A DNA stretch of 59,069 bases, filler included, from Dugesia japonica (lineage: Eukaryota), in NCBI GenBank assembly GCA_001938525.1. It is 5 parts of 5 records of this genome, joined end to end, with 100 filler letters (N's around TTAATTAATTAA, not from the genome) between each part and the next. Parts side by side here need not be neighbours in the genome. Positions count along the whole stretch, not along the records: positions 1 to 16,522 come from MQRL01607237.1; 4 more parts are not named here. One strand, 5' to 3'. Shown one piece after another: positions 1 through 11,365 of this stretch (its first letter is position 1; each line of letters starts with the position of its first letter). A program made the translations under genes and the position numbers. The notes beneath the pieces are model-generated. The model did not search any database. It had not been told where the DNA came from and was given only the letters and a program-made list of their open reading frames with translations.

Positions 1-642
1 CTAAAATTTAAAGATTTTTAAATAAGATATAAATTAAATGTATGAAATATGTTTATTTTAGTGTTTTGAAATTAGATATTAATAAATTTAAAAATGAAAA
101 TGTATTTTGAATAGAATAAAATATAAAATAAATGAATGAAAAATGTTTATTTTAGCTAGATATTAACAAAATTTAAAAACCAAAATATATTTNNNNNNNN
201 NNNNNNNNNNNNNNNNNNNNNNNNNATATGTTTATATATAATTATATGTTTAAATATAATGTGTTTATCAAAAAAATCATGTGAGTCAGTGCGGACCTAT
301 CAAAGAAAAGGAGATGGGGACCTAAAAGCATGTGAGGCAATATGGACCTATCTACTTACTATCGCTCACTTAGTTCGCTGGAAAAAGGCCATCTATTGTC
401 CTTATCTCGTATTTATATAACAATTTGTATTTGTATAAATAATTATTTATTTTAAAAAGTAATTATTTTAACAAATCAAAAAATGATATAAAAAATTAAA
501 GATACAAGTTTGTTTTTTAAAATTTTTTAATATAAATTCAATAAATAATTTGTAGATGATTTTATATATAATTTTTTAATAGTATTTAAATATGATATTA
601 TAAGTAATGCATCTTTGAAAAAAGAAAAAAAGAAAAATATAT

Positions 643-810
643 TGTTGGGGTCCCACCTGAGTTGATGGTGCACATAGACGCTGGCCGGGGAAAAACGGCT
701 CTCAGGGGTACCCTTTCAAGAATTTAAATCTAATTAGATATTCAGTGTGGAGCGGTTGACCTGCAACCTTTACGGGAGGTTCGCACTCACACACCTTTGG
801 TTTGAGTACA
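643..810. ncRNA. Conserved multi-stem structured element, copy 1
   Basis: CCTGAG(656-661)/CTCAGG(701-706), GGCCG(683-687)/CGGCT(696-700), ATCTA/TAGAT, GTGT-GAG...ACCT/AGGT...CTC-ACAC. Homologous stems covary in the other three copies. Strand unresolved. Confidence 0.65.
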
Positions 811-881
811 TTTTTTCCCTATTATTTTAATTATTCAATGAATAAACGACAATACTAATAATAGACTGTATTGATTTTAAA

Positions 882-1243
882 TTACATTTCCTCTAGAGTA
901 CCCGGGTCTCACCACTGGGTAGGCTCTTCTGGAAAAAAATTGAACACCACCGTGTCGTCGTTATCGTCCTATTGTAGGCATGTCACGTTGCCTAGCTGAA
1001 GAGATAGATCTGCAATGTATCTTTTGAAAAAATTGGTTTTGTTTTGGAGTAGCTGTTTCGTTTGCTCGGTTAGGTCGCTTTGTTTCTTTATAATTGTGTC
1101 TAACTTCTTTATCAATGTATTGCGTTGTGACAGATGTCTCAACAGAGAACGCTCCGTTTGACGTTCGTGGTGTCGTTCTAAAAGAAGTCGTCTGATTATT
1201 CGATGGCATCGCCTTAAACTGTTGGGGAATCTAATTCGTGACA
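882..1243 (-). pseudogene. ORF B copy 1: basic N-terminus, coiled coil, acidic C-terminus; two premature stops
   Basis: (M)SRIRFPNSLRRCHRIIRRLLLERH... continues in frame past TAG 969-971 as DDNDDTVVFNFFPEEPTQW*DPGTLEEM*, matching the tails of copies 2-4. Starts at the tttag|TG acceptor. Confidence 0.75.
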
Positions 1244-1355
1244 CTAAATAAGATGCATGATTAGGTANNNNNNNNNNNNNNNNNNNNNNNNNNNNNNNNN
1301 NNNNNNNNNNNNNNNNNNNNAATGTAATAAGAGAAGAAAAACGTTTATTTATAAT

Positions 1356-1675
1356 TTACAAGGTAACAAATCCTAAGGCCTTGATGCCTGAGTCGTTTTG
1401 TCGACCATTTTCTCGGTCTTGGTAGGACCGGATGATCTCGGTAAAAGAGTCTATTTGGGCCTTCCATACCCTCTCCTGTGTATGGGAGGTTTTGGCCTCT
1501 TTCTTAAATGCCATGCCTTTATTCTTATAACGCTTAACCTTGGCCTCGGCTGACGTAGTGGTGGCCTCCCATCGTCGTTTTGCGAGCTTATATAAGTCCC
1601 ATGTGATCTCCATCTCCTCACTTGACTCCTTCAGTTTTTTGGTGGGAACTATGGCACGATTCAACGAGGAATGCA
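1356..1675 (-). CDS. ORF A copy 1: ~106-aa predicted coiled-coil protein of unknown function
   Basis: (M)HSSLNRAIVPTKKLKESSEEMEITWDLYKLAKRRWE..., homologous to 11366-11724 and 15101-15339. Homology starts exactly at taaag|TG; AATAAA at 1344-1349 (minus). Confidence 0.7.
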
Positions 1676-1827
1676 CTTTAAAATAAACAACCAACATTAA
1701 GATAATTAAATCGTAGCAGAGGATAATAGTAACCGAAACAATAACACTCAACTATATTTGTGTTACGAACTTGTTAACTAAGTTATCATAAGAAATGGAG
1801 AGATGTAAGCCATATAAATTTCATTCT

Positions 1828-2278
1828 ACAACAACAAAAACAAAGGGATGAACTTAAGGAGCTCAAACTCCGCGTGTGTCAAAATTATTATCATTTTCTG
1901 AAACCCCAATGCGGCCTGATTCTGTAATTCCCATAAAGTGTTATTCATAGAATCAGCCAACCTGGTGAAAGGTGGTAGATGTGCAGCTGACACGGGTATG
2001 ATGGATGGACCGTCCTGCCAAACACTGGTGACCTGTTGGGTTTCAGTATTTATGATTGTAGTGCGATGAAGTACTTCTCGGGTACGATCTGGACCGCTCC
2101 GTTGGTGATAAGCCTCACGCTAGGTTGTTGCCCATTTCCTCTCATTATCAGCGTCCTCCCTAGTTAAATTTGTATAATCTGTGAGGACCCCTGCATTTTG
2201 ATCATAGGTATTCCAGTACCTACGAAAAATCACTCTACCAGTGCGGCGATCGTATAGGGTTTCCCAGACGAATTCCAT
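1828..2278 (-). pseudogene. ORF C: ~150-codon GC-richer frame with one internal TAG, unknown product
   Basis: Manual translation MEFVWETLYDRRTGRVIFRRYWNTYDQNAGVLTDYTNLTREDADNERKWATT*REAYHQRSGPDRT... preceded by an atttag acceptor-like site. Absent from the ORF track. Confidence 0.5.
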
Positions 2279-3953
2279 TTTTCTCTAAATAAATTTACAA
2301 ATAATTATATAACACAGAAATTACTTTGATAAAAATGAAATTTAATATCGAGAAATGTATCAATTAAATTAAGCAACTTTTTTTATTATTACAATAAATT
2401 AAAACACTGTAGTTAATTTTGAGTCTATATTACCAACATGATTTTAATTAAGTTAATTTCGAAATTATTAATCCTTATTCTTCGGCGTCTAAATCAACTG
2501 GACTAATGAGCAATTTATAGAAATAAAATCACACTGGCAAATTAACCCATATCTATTTGACAATAATATAACGATAATCGAAATCATAAGCATAATTTTG
2601 TAAAATTCAAGGATTTATTAAACATAACCAATCAGGTAATATTAATAGTTGAAATCATAACGTCGTCGCCTCATAGGGGTAATTACAAATATTCCTTCCG
2701 GTGATGCAGCAAAGGTATCGAATATTAACTAATAAGTCAGCATACTAGAATAAAATCCGACGACACACACGTTGATAATGTTATTGACTTCTGTTCTCAT
2801 CTGGAAAAGGCAACAATAATCATTCTCCCGACTTATTGAAGGTGGCCGATCTAACACCGAACGAGGTTCACGAAACGATGAGTTGGATAGCATCTTGAAA
2901 TTGCGCTCAGGAAGAGGCGATATGGGGTTGAAACCTCCCAGAAAGGTGATCATAAACATAAAAAGAATTTCTCCTCTGTAATTCAACAGGGTACCATTCA
3001 CTTTCATTATAATTCCATTTCTCCGAGTAAATTCCCATCAACAATGTTAAATCAAGGCAAAAAAGAGATAGCAACCGCTGCGATATTCATTAATAATTCT
3101 ACTGCCGATGAAAATATAGTACACACAACATGGAACTGTGTTACTGACACACTAACTCTGATGTGACTCATACCATTTATGCATACTAATTTGCTAGTTC
3201 TCGATTCCTAATTTTGTTATTTATCACTGAATCATAAATAAATTTCGTCGGAATTAATTGACATATTACAGAGCTATAGGTTAGACATGGTGAGAGTTAA
3301 TATTATTGGCACATTCTATCCGTGGTGGCCTGAGCTAAACATAGCATCAAGTAGAGAAAATCCATTTTTCGAAAAAATTAATTGGTTGTATGTTAAAACT
3401 GATGCAACATTCATACTTGATTCATGATTAGTTTACCAGCCCTTTTTCGCATTAAATAATCTAAATTTAAATATAGTTGAAACTGAAAATGATAATTTTT
3501 TTAGTAAACATTTAATTGTTACATAACAACTATGTAATTAAGCAGTAGCGATCTACATTTAACAGACAACATTGATATAAATATAGAAAATACCTACTGA
3601 GTAATTCGAAATTTTTTCTGCAACGGGTTTAATTTCCACAACCAAGCTAAATATCAGTTCTGGTTTACTGTAGATGGCGTACACACAATTTTCTCCGTCT
3701 ATTCTGTATTTCGAGATAATAACGTTATAATTAATCGTTTTTTGTTTTTAAAAATTCAACGCACTTACGAGTTATCAGGTGGTGAATGGTGATTAAATTT
3801 TTTCTTCTAATTTCTTCATGAACAGAGGTTAGCTTAAAATCGTATTGGTGAATTGCCTAAATGTTACAATAATAACTGTTAAATTTCGTAACGAAATTGC
3901 TCTCTTAGCCAAGACAATTATTTTTGCTGATTTTTCTTCTAAATTTCTGGGGG

Positions 3954-4083
3954 CTTAAATAGCTTTCTGGATGCAACCCGGCATCATCGCTATTGGCTGT
4001 CTAATTTTAATTCAAATTTCTTTTATTCTATTGGTGTAGACCTGGATTTCTAAGAATTTTTCACCATTTTCTGATACCATTGG
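3954..4083 (-). promoter_or_regulatory. CCAAT x3 + TATA-like promoter, copy 1
   Basis: Minus-strand CCAAT at 4079-4083, 4030-4034 and 3992-3996, then TATTTAA at ~3955-3961. Same layout as 13155-13346. Confidence 0.55.
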
Positions 4084-4368
4084 CGTCTATTTTTAAACCC
4101 ACATTTGATGTTTGGGTCTTTGTTTTATTTTTATTTCTTGGGTTGTTATTGCCCCATTCTTCCAATCCTTGTGGTAGTCCCTCTGATGGTAATAACGTTT
4201 TCCAATTGTGAAATCCCATTGACCAGATAACACTTTTCAGTTTTTCTTACTTTTCTACTTTTTTGATATAAAATATAGATTAACATTTTTTAATTAATTA
4301 AAAATAAAATATTTTATACGCTACAATTTATTCTCAAATAATAAATAAAAATTTTTACTATTTATTAT

Positions 4369-6607
4369 TGTAAGTAGCATTATTTTAGGAATTTTAAATA
4401 ATATTTCTGAAAATATTTTATTCCTATAAATTAATTACTGAGGAATTTTTACTACTTATTAATGTAAGTAGATTCTTTAGGAATGTTAAATTATATTTTT
4501 TTTAAAAATTATAAAGTGAATATATAAAATGAGGACATGAGAAAGTGAGGATTAGAAAAGGTCACAAAAGTACAAAATTTGGTAAACTGAGATAGTGAAA
4601 TAAACTGAAATTTACTGAAATTATTTATAAATAAAATTTCTATTGTGATGCTTTGGGGATTGTTGCCAAAGCAAATCAGCAATTGCGTGAGTATGAAATA
4701 ATTTAATATATTATACAATTCAATAACTTGTATATTATCATTATATGGAAATCTTATGTCTTAATATCGTTATTATATAATCAATATTAATATAAATAAG
4801 CTATATAGTCGGCTATTTAAATTAAATAATAATTACTTTGAAAAATTTATATTAAAATAAATGATTTGTAACAATCGTGTTAAGCGTTTTTATTTTATTA
4901 CTCTGAGCTGCAGTCCAAGTAGGCTTTAGCTTTTATTAAGTAATCTTAAAAATAGGGTGAAAATAATGAAAATTCGGTCTCTATTTATACTAGAGACCGT
5001 TAATAAATCATGTATAAATAAAATAAATAAATACGGAATTATAAAAATTTTCCATGCAAATATAAAAATTTTCATAAATAAATAAAACTATACTTATATA
5101 AAAATAAAATCTAAAATCCAGTAATAAGGATTTAATTGTTTATAATAAAATTTTTAATAGAGATTCCAAATCAATACATTGAATATAATAACAAGGATTT
5201 GTTTGTTTATAATAATTTTTATTAGAGATTCCAAATCAATAAATTGAATCTAATAACAAGGGTTGGATTGTTTTTAATAAATGGAGATTCAATTTAAAAA
5301 TAAAAATTTGAATTATAATGATATAAGAATTTGCACATTCAGAACAAACAACAGAAGTCTGTAACACACAGAAGTCGCAAAATTAAATCACAAAAATAAG
5401 TCTACTTAAAGTTGTGAAATCAGTGAAATAAATAAAGTTCGAATAATTGCGCTGGTCTTTGTTGTTTAGTGGACTGATTGATTGATTAATGCTCTGATGG
5501 TATGAGCTGATTGACTTGGAGTTGTTGCTCAGAAGACTGACNNNNNNNNNNNNNNNNNNNNNNNNNNNNNNNNNNNNNNNNNNNNNNNNNNTTTGTAACA
5601 ATCGTGTTAAGCGTTTTTATTTTATTACTCTGAGCTGCAGTCCAAGTAGGCTTTAGCTTTTATTAAGTAATCTTAAAAATAGGGTGAAAATAATGAAAAT
5701 TCGGTCTCTATTTATACTAGAGACCGTTAATAAATCATGTATAAATAAAATAAATAAATACGGAATTATAAAAATTTTCCATGCAAATATAAAAATTTTC
5801 ATAAATAAATAAAACTATACTTATATAAAAATAAAATCTAAAATCCAGTAATAAGGATTTAATTGTTTATAATAAAATTTTTAATAGAGATTCCAAATCA
5901 ATACATTGAATATAATAACAAGGATTTGTTTGTTTATAATAATTTTTATTAGAGATTCCAAATCAATAAATTGAATTTAATAACAAGTGTTGGATTGTTT
6001 TTAATAAATGGAGATTCAATTTAAAAATAAAAATTTGAATTATAATGATATAACAATTTGCACATTCAGAACAAACAACAGAAGTCGCAAAATTAAATCA
6101 CAAAAATAAGTCTACTTAAAGTTTTGAAATCAGTGAAATAAATAAAGTTCGAATAATTGCGCTGGTCTTTGTTGTTGAGTGGACTGATTGATTGATTAAT
6201 GCTCTGATGGTATGAGCTGATTGACTTGGAGTTGTTGCTCAGAAGACTGACTGTCAAGAATAATTCATAGTATTCAAACAAATAATCTGATAAATTTTTC
6301 AATAAAATNATAAATATTCTACTTTACATAAAAACTTTAAAATTATTTTNAAAAATATCAACTTTTTAATTTAATGAAATATCTCATTTTACATAAAAAT
6401 TTTATAAGATATTTTACCTAATAATTTCATTAAATAAATTAAAAATATTTAATTTTACATAAAAATTTCACAAAATATTTTAACTAATAATTTCATTAGA
6501 TAAATCAAAAATATCGATTTGATTTTGTGGAATATTTTATTTTATAAAATTATATAAAAATTAAAGAAAGATTTCCCAGAAATTTAAATCTATAAATAAT
6601 TCTTACA
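4369..6607 (-). mobile_element. 3' LTR of a Gypsy element (contains a ~0.7 kb duplication across a gap)
   Basis: Minus-strand PPT AAAGAACGGGGA (6608-6619) is followed by TGTAAG at 6607. Matching inverted TGTAAG at 4369 (alternative 4463). Confidence 0.6.
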
Positions 6608-7400
6608 TCCCCGTTCTTTAAAATATTTTTCAATCTTTTTCACATTTCTTTCAATCATTTCTTTCTTTGTCTTTTGATCTGTTTTCTACCTTGATTACCA
6701 TATCGCCTCCAACTTGAAAATGTCTCTTTGTTGGTGTCAACTCTCCGGATTCTTCATTCTTTTCTCCATTATTGAACTATCTTTCTCTATGTATTTTCTT
6801 ACCGAATATCACTTCTGCTAGACTTATCCCCAAAGTCTTCTGGCTTGTTACATTTAGTCTATATTCAATTTCTGGTAATAACTTTTCCCAATTTTTATTC
6901 TTTTTATCTTTGTAATCTCTGATCGTTCTGAATGGTCTCTCTACTATTCCATTTGTATTATGATGATATGGACTTGAAAAGCAAATTGTTATATTCATTG
7001 AATCTGTCATCTTTTTGAAGGCTTTCGATTCGAAGGTCTTCTCACAATCTACATGTATCTCTTTTGGGGCACAAAATCTCAGTATCCATTTATCTTTAAT
7101 CGTTTTGTTTATTGATTCCTCATCTTGTTTAACTAGGGCTGTTAATCATTTGTATCTGCTAAGTTTATCTATTATGACACATATATATCTTTTTCTTCCT
7201 GTGGTTTCTTGGAATGGCTCACAGATATCAATATAAATACTTTCAGATGGTTCATTATCCTTTAATTTTATAGTTTCCTCCTTTGTTCTAACTGTTGTTA
7301 CTTTGTTCATTTGGCACACTGTATATTCTTTAATTACACAGTTTCTCTCAAATCTTCCATATCATATTCATTTTTTAAATAATTTATCACTTTTTCCGTG
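6608..7400 (-). mobile_element. Ty3/Gypsy integrase remnant + PPT
   Basis: FSSPYHHNTNGIVERPFRTIRD...WEKLLPEIEYRLN..LGISLAEVIFGK rve core; frameshifted. Confidence 0.9.
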
Positions 7401-7982
7401 CCTGCGTGCATCAATAANNNNNNNNNNNNNNNNNNNNNNNNNNNNNNNNNNNNNNNNNNNNNNNNNNNNNNNNNNNNNNNNNNNNNNNNNNNNNNNNNNN
7501 NNNNNNNNNNNNNNNNNNNNNNNNNNNNNNNNNNNNNNNNNNNNNNNNNNNNNNNNNNNNNNNNNNNNNNNNNNNNNNNNNNNNNNNNNNNNNNNNNNNN
7601 NNNNNNNNNNNNNNNNNNNNNNNNNNNNTATGCAACGAATTCATATAGTTTAGGAATGGGTCATTGATTTATTGATTTATTTAGTTATTTCGCTTTAAAT
7701 ATTTTTCTTCGAATTATTTTTTAAATAATATTTTTCACAATATTATCATATCCAATACATGATTGACATTTAAATGTTTTATTGAAATGAACTTCATTCA
7801 TTTGTGGAGATGTTGATTTTAATCTGTCATAACAAACTTAAACAATGTCCTCTTCATGAACATTTCAACATTTGTAACAGTTCTGCTTCTATCTGTTTAT
7901 TGAATTATACTCTTGTTAACATTGCTTTCAAACTAACATTGATTCGTTGTGTCTCGAATTTTAGAATTATTATAATTAATGT

Positions 7983-8737
7983 TGTTGGGATGAAACACCT
8001 GCTACAGAGAATAAAAATGGCGGTAGGTAAAGCTGAAAGTGAAAAGATAGTCACCAAATGAGGAAACCAAGAATTTAGACAAAGGAAAGTCACAGTTGAA
8101 AGAAGGAAATAATTAAAGGAAAAACGAAGAGTGGCAGTTAAAACCAACGTAAAAACCAACAAAATCTAACGTTACAGCAATAAAAAACTCAGAAATAAGA
8201 AAGCCAAAAAGAAGAAAAGAAGTAACAGAAGCTATCAGTTAGATAAAGAAAATAATGATTAACAATTAGTTCATTAGACAAAACTAAGAAAATCATATTG
8301 AACGAATAATGGGAGAAAGAGAAAATAAATTAAAGGAATTAATTAAATTAATTAATGAAAGAAAAACGACAAAATTAAATTATATTTAGATCAGAAAAAC
8401 AAAGAAATGAACATGTAATTAATAATTAAGAAGAAAATAAAATAAATAATCTAATTATTTAAATAAAATAAATCGTACAAATTAAAATGATTTATTTTTT
8501 AAAGAAAACTAAATATTTTATGAAAATATGGCAAAAACGACGTCTTCCCACGGTGACAAAATTAGCAATTAAGAAGATTCTGGACAATAAAAAATTTGAG
8601 ACTTCGAAAATCTACGTTAAAAAGTCATAGTAAAACTAGGAAAGAAGATACAAGGGTTTGAAAATTGACCTATGGTTTCGTAATCCAAAAATATCAACCA
8701 ATAAGAAGGACTCATGTGACGATCAAGCCAATAGAAG
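7983..8737 (+). mobile_element. TGTTGGG-element promoter-side fragment (inverted relative to copies 1-4)
   Basis: TGTTGGGATGAAACACC at 7983 matches the reverse complement of the copy-2 right end (13808-13825). CCAAT boxes at ~8698 and ~8728, then interrupted by the next copy. Confidence 0.55.
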
Positions 8738-9800
8738 TGTTGGGGTGAAACGCCCGTTAAAAAGGAGAAATAAAGCCAAAAAGAACCCAAATCAACAAAA
8801 GAACGGCAGGACCATTATAGCTACCGATAATGAAATGCAGAAAATAAAGCGTGAAATAACCATTGGAAAAAGAACAAAATAAACTTGGAGATGGATACGA
8901 AGGACCGGATAACTTAAAATTAACACACATCAGTATTGAGAATTAAAAGAATTATCCAATTCATAATAAAAATCAAGAAAATCATTATGGGAGAATAATG
9001 TATTTTAAAAAAAAATTTAATTTATTTTGAAATAAAAAGAAGTAAAATTAGCCAAAAATTCGTTTTACCCGAATAACTTCGCTCAAGGAAATCGGAAAAA
9101 ATCAGGGTAAGAAAATACAGAAGGAAAATATCAAGATGCATTGAAATTACCAAGAAGAAAAAACTTACCACCATCCAGAAGGTTGCTGCAGGGTCTTCAA
9201 GATCGGGCCAATAAGAGATCTAGAAATATAATTAAAACAAAGACACAATTGTCATGTGTCACTCTAAAAATAACTGCCAATTGCAGTTCCAAAAATCTAA
9301 AAATATTTTAGAGAATNNNNNNNNNNNNNNNNNNNNNNNNNNNNNNNNNNNNNNNNNNNNNNNNNNNNNNNNNNNNNNNNNNNNNNNNNNNNNNNNNTGC
9401 GATATAAGGAATCATGAGATTAACAGAAAAAACAACAAAAAATAAAATTTTACCGAGTTTTTCAAGATACATTGTTGATATTCAAAAGGAGAACGCCAGC
9501 AGAATTTCTTTCGCAAAACAAATAAATATTAAAAATCGCGGTCATCAGTTATCGCGCATCGGAAGAAAAAACAGAAAGCATAATTATCGTGACCAACTAC
9601 CCCGGAAAATAATTCATTTGTCTCGTGTGGTTATCAACTGTTGCAGAAATTCCTATCAAAAAGAAATATTTTATAGTAAGTGTTGTCATGTAATTTTAAT
9701 TTAATATAACTTAAAGTTGAATGTGATTGCAATTTTATATTTTAAATTAATATTTTAATATACAGTGATATTCCATAACATCTAAAACGTTTATTTTTTT
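8738..9800 (+). mobile_element. TGTTGGGG-element promoter-side fragment (inverted), nested in the previous one
   Basis: TGTTGGGGTGAAACGCCC at 8738. 9208-9316 aligns with the reverse complement of ~13240-13350. Leader motif TGTTGCAGAAA then A|GTAAGT at 9675/9676. Right end approximate. Confidence 0.7.
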
Positions 9801-10567
9801 TGTGTTTTGTTTTCAAACTTGTAGTCAAACAAATGTAATTAAATAATATGATCTTGATTATACGGCCTACAAGCCAAAAGATCCGATAAATCTAAGTCGA
9901 CTATACATAAGTCATTTTTTGCTTCCAAGAGCACACACGTCATCGATAAATCGATAATGAAGTCATAGTGATAAGCGATTTATATCACCATAATTAGAAT
10001 CGATGAGCCAGTTGGTCGAATAAGATAGTTAATCATACACACCTACTAGTAGGTAAACCTCAGTGTATGTTGCTAGTTGCGGAATTGTTTACTGCTTCTA
10101 GGCAACTTCATTCGTTCATGGTTTAAAAGTTTATAATTTGCTTAAATTGATAACATTTATTTTATCAAATAAATACAAGGTCTTCTATTTACTCAGTTTT
10201 GGTAATGTTGGTCAATTATTTACTTATTATGAATAAACTTGGTTAATTATTTGCTCACAAGGGTAATTTTTAGGTGAATTCGGTCAATTATGCCCTCTGG
10301 AATGAACAGTTTGAATGATTTCGTCAATCATTTTCTTGGGATTGTTTAATTTGTGTGATTTTTGAGTTATTTCGTCAATTATTTCCTCGTCCTGGTCAGT
10401 TTGGGTAATTTTTAGATGATTTAGTTAATTATTTCTTAAATATGGATAAACTTAGTCAATTATTTACTCATAGTGTTAGGTGAATTTGAGTGATAATTTC
10501 TTCGGGTTTGTGGGTTAGAGCTGAATTTTAAGAAAATTCATGATAAAAGTCGAGTTTGTTTAAATTT

Positions 10568-10740
10568 TGTTGGGGTCCCCCCTGAGTTGAGTGAAAATAA
10601 CGCGGCTGGGGAAAACAGCCCTCAGGGGAACCCTTTCAAGAATTTACCCTACCGTCCCTGGGGTAGGTTTTCAGTTTATGGCGGTTGACCTTACTCTTAA
10701 TGGAAGGTACACACCAATAAACCTTTGTATTCGGGTTCAA
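10568..10740. ncRNA. Conserved multi-stem structured element, copy 2
   Basis: CCTGAG/CTCAGG, GGCTG/CAGCC, CCTACC/GGTAGG, GTTTAT/ATAAAC, ACCTT/AAGGT. Conserved GAGTTG, CAAGAATTTA, GTTGAC, GGGTTCAA. Confidence 0.65.
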
Positions 10741-10817
10741 TGATTTTTCCTTTATTGTTACTATTGAAAGGAAGAAATTACAATTTTGGATACAGACATT
10801 TTATTTTATAAAAATAT

Positions 10818-11237
10818 TTAAAGTAAATCCAGCGCCCCTGTATCTAGCCATTGGTTTGTTTCCGTTACCACGAAGTTGAAAGCTGCGATGTCGTCTTCGT
10901 CATCCCATTGTGTTACAGATGAGTTGCCTATTCGATGGGACAGATCGGCAATATATTGTTTTAAGAACTCTATTTTCCGCATCAACAGCTGTTTGGTTTC
11001 GGTTTACAAAGCTTTAGTTTTAACCGCCAGATCGTTTTGCTTTTTTATAATTAAATCTAATTTTTTAATCAGCTGATCCCNNNNNNNNNNNNNNNNNNNN
11101 NNNNNNNNNNNNNNNNNNNNNNNNNNNNNNTCAGCTGATCCCGTTGGTCTAGGTGTTTCATAAGTGCCCTATCTGTCTTACGCTTTAGGTGTCGTTCAAC
11201 CAGTAAGCGGCGCATAATTCTATGACACCTTCGGATA
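10818..11237 (-). pseudogene. ORF B copy 2 (gapped, frameshifted)
   Basis: IRRCHRIMRRLLVERHLKRKTDRALMKHLDQR... and tail WDDEDDIAAFNF...QWLDTGALDLL*. AATAAA follows at ~10800. Confidence 0.75.
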
Positions 11238-11365
11238 NNNNNNNNNNNNNNNNNNNNNNNNNNNNNNNNAAAAAAAATATAATTAAACTGATGAAAACTC
11301 AAGTTCATAATTAGAAAAGACAATTAAACAGTTTATTAAACTCAAATAATTAGTAAACATGACAC

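Larger units (their letters stand above)
643..4250 (-). mobile_element. TGTTGGGG-element copy 1 (large LTR-like unit, right end missing)
   Basis: Begins TGTTGGGGTCCC at 643. Same order as copy 2: structured end, ORF B, ORF A, donor near 3597, TATA-like box 3954-3962, CCAAT boxes. Right terminus not found; a Gypsy LTR follows at ~4369. Right coordinate approximate. Confidence 0.75.

Noticed and set aside
655-706. Hammerhead reading of the terminal structure (CTGAG...GAAA)
   Set aside because: CTGAG is base-paired with CTCAG and GAAA lies in a hairpin loop; the CUGANGA/GAAA three-way-junction topology is not satisfied on either strand.
1676-1751. Hydrophobic signal-peptide-like N-terminus of ORF A (MSVIVSVTIIL...)
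   Set aside because: Lies upstream of the conserved acceptor, starts at TTG and is not conserved in copies 2 and 3; it is T-rich intron sequence.
4865-6251. ~680-bp near-identical tandem duplication in the Gypsy LTR
   Set aside because: The copies meet at an N gap and differ by a few SNPs and one indel; most likely uncollapsed haplotypes or contig overlap.
10640-10670. Telomerase-template or Sm-site reading of AAGAATTTACCCTA
   Set aside because: CCCTA is not conserved in the other copies, and the U-tract is too short for an Sm site.
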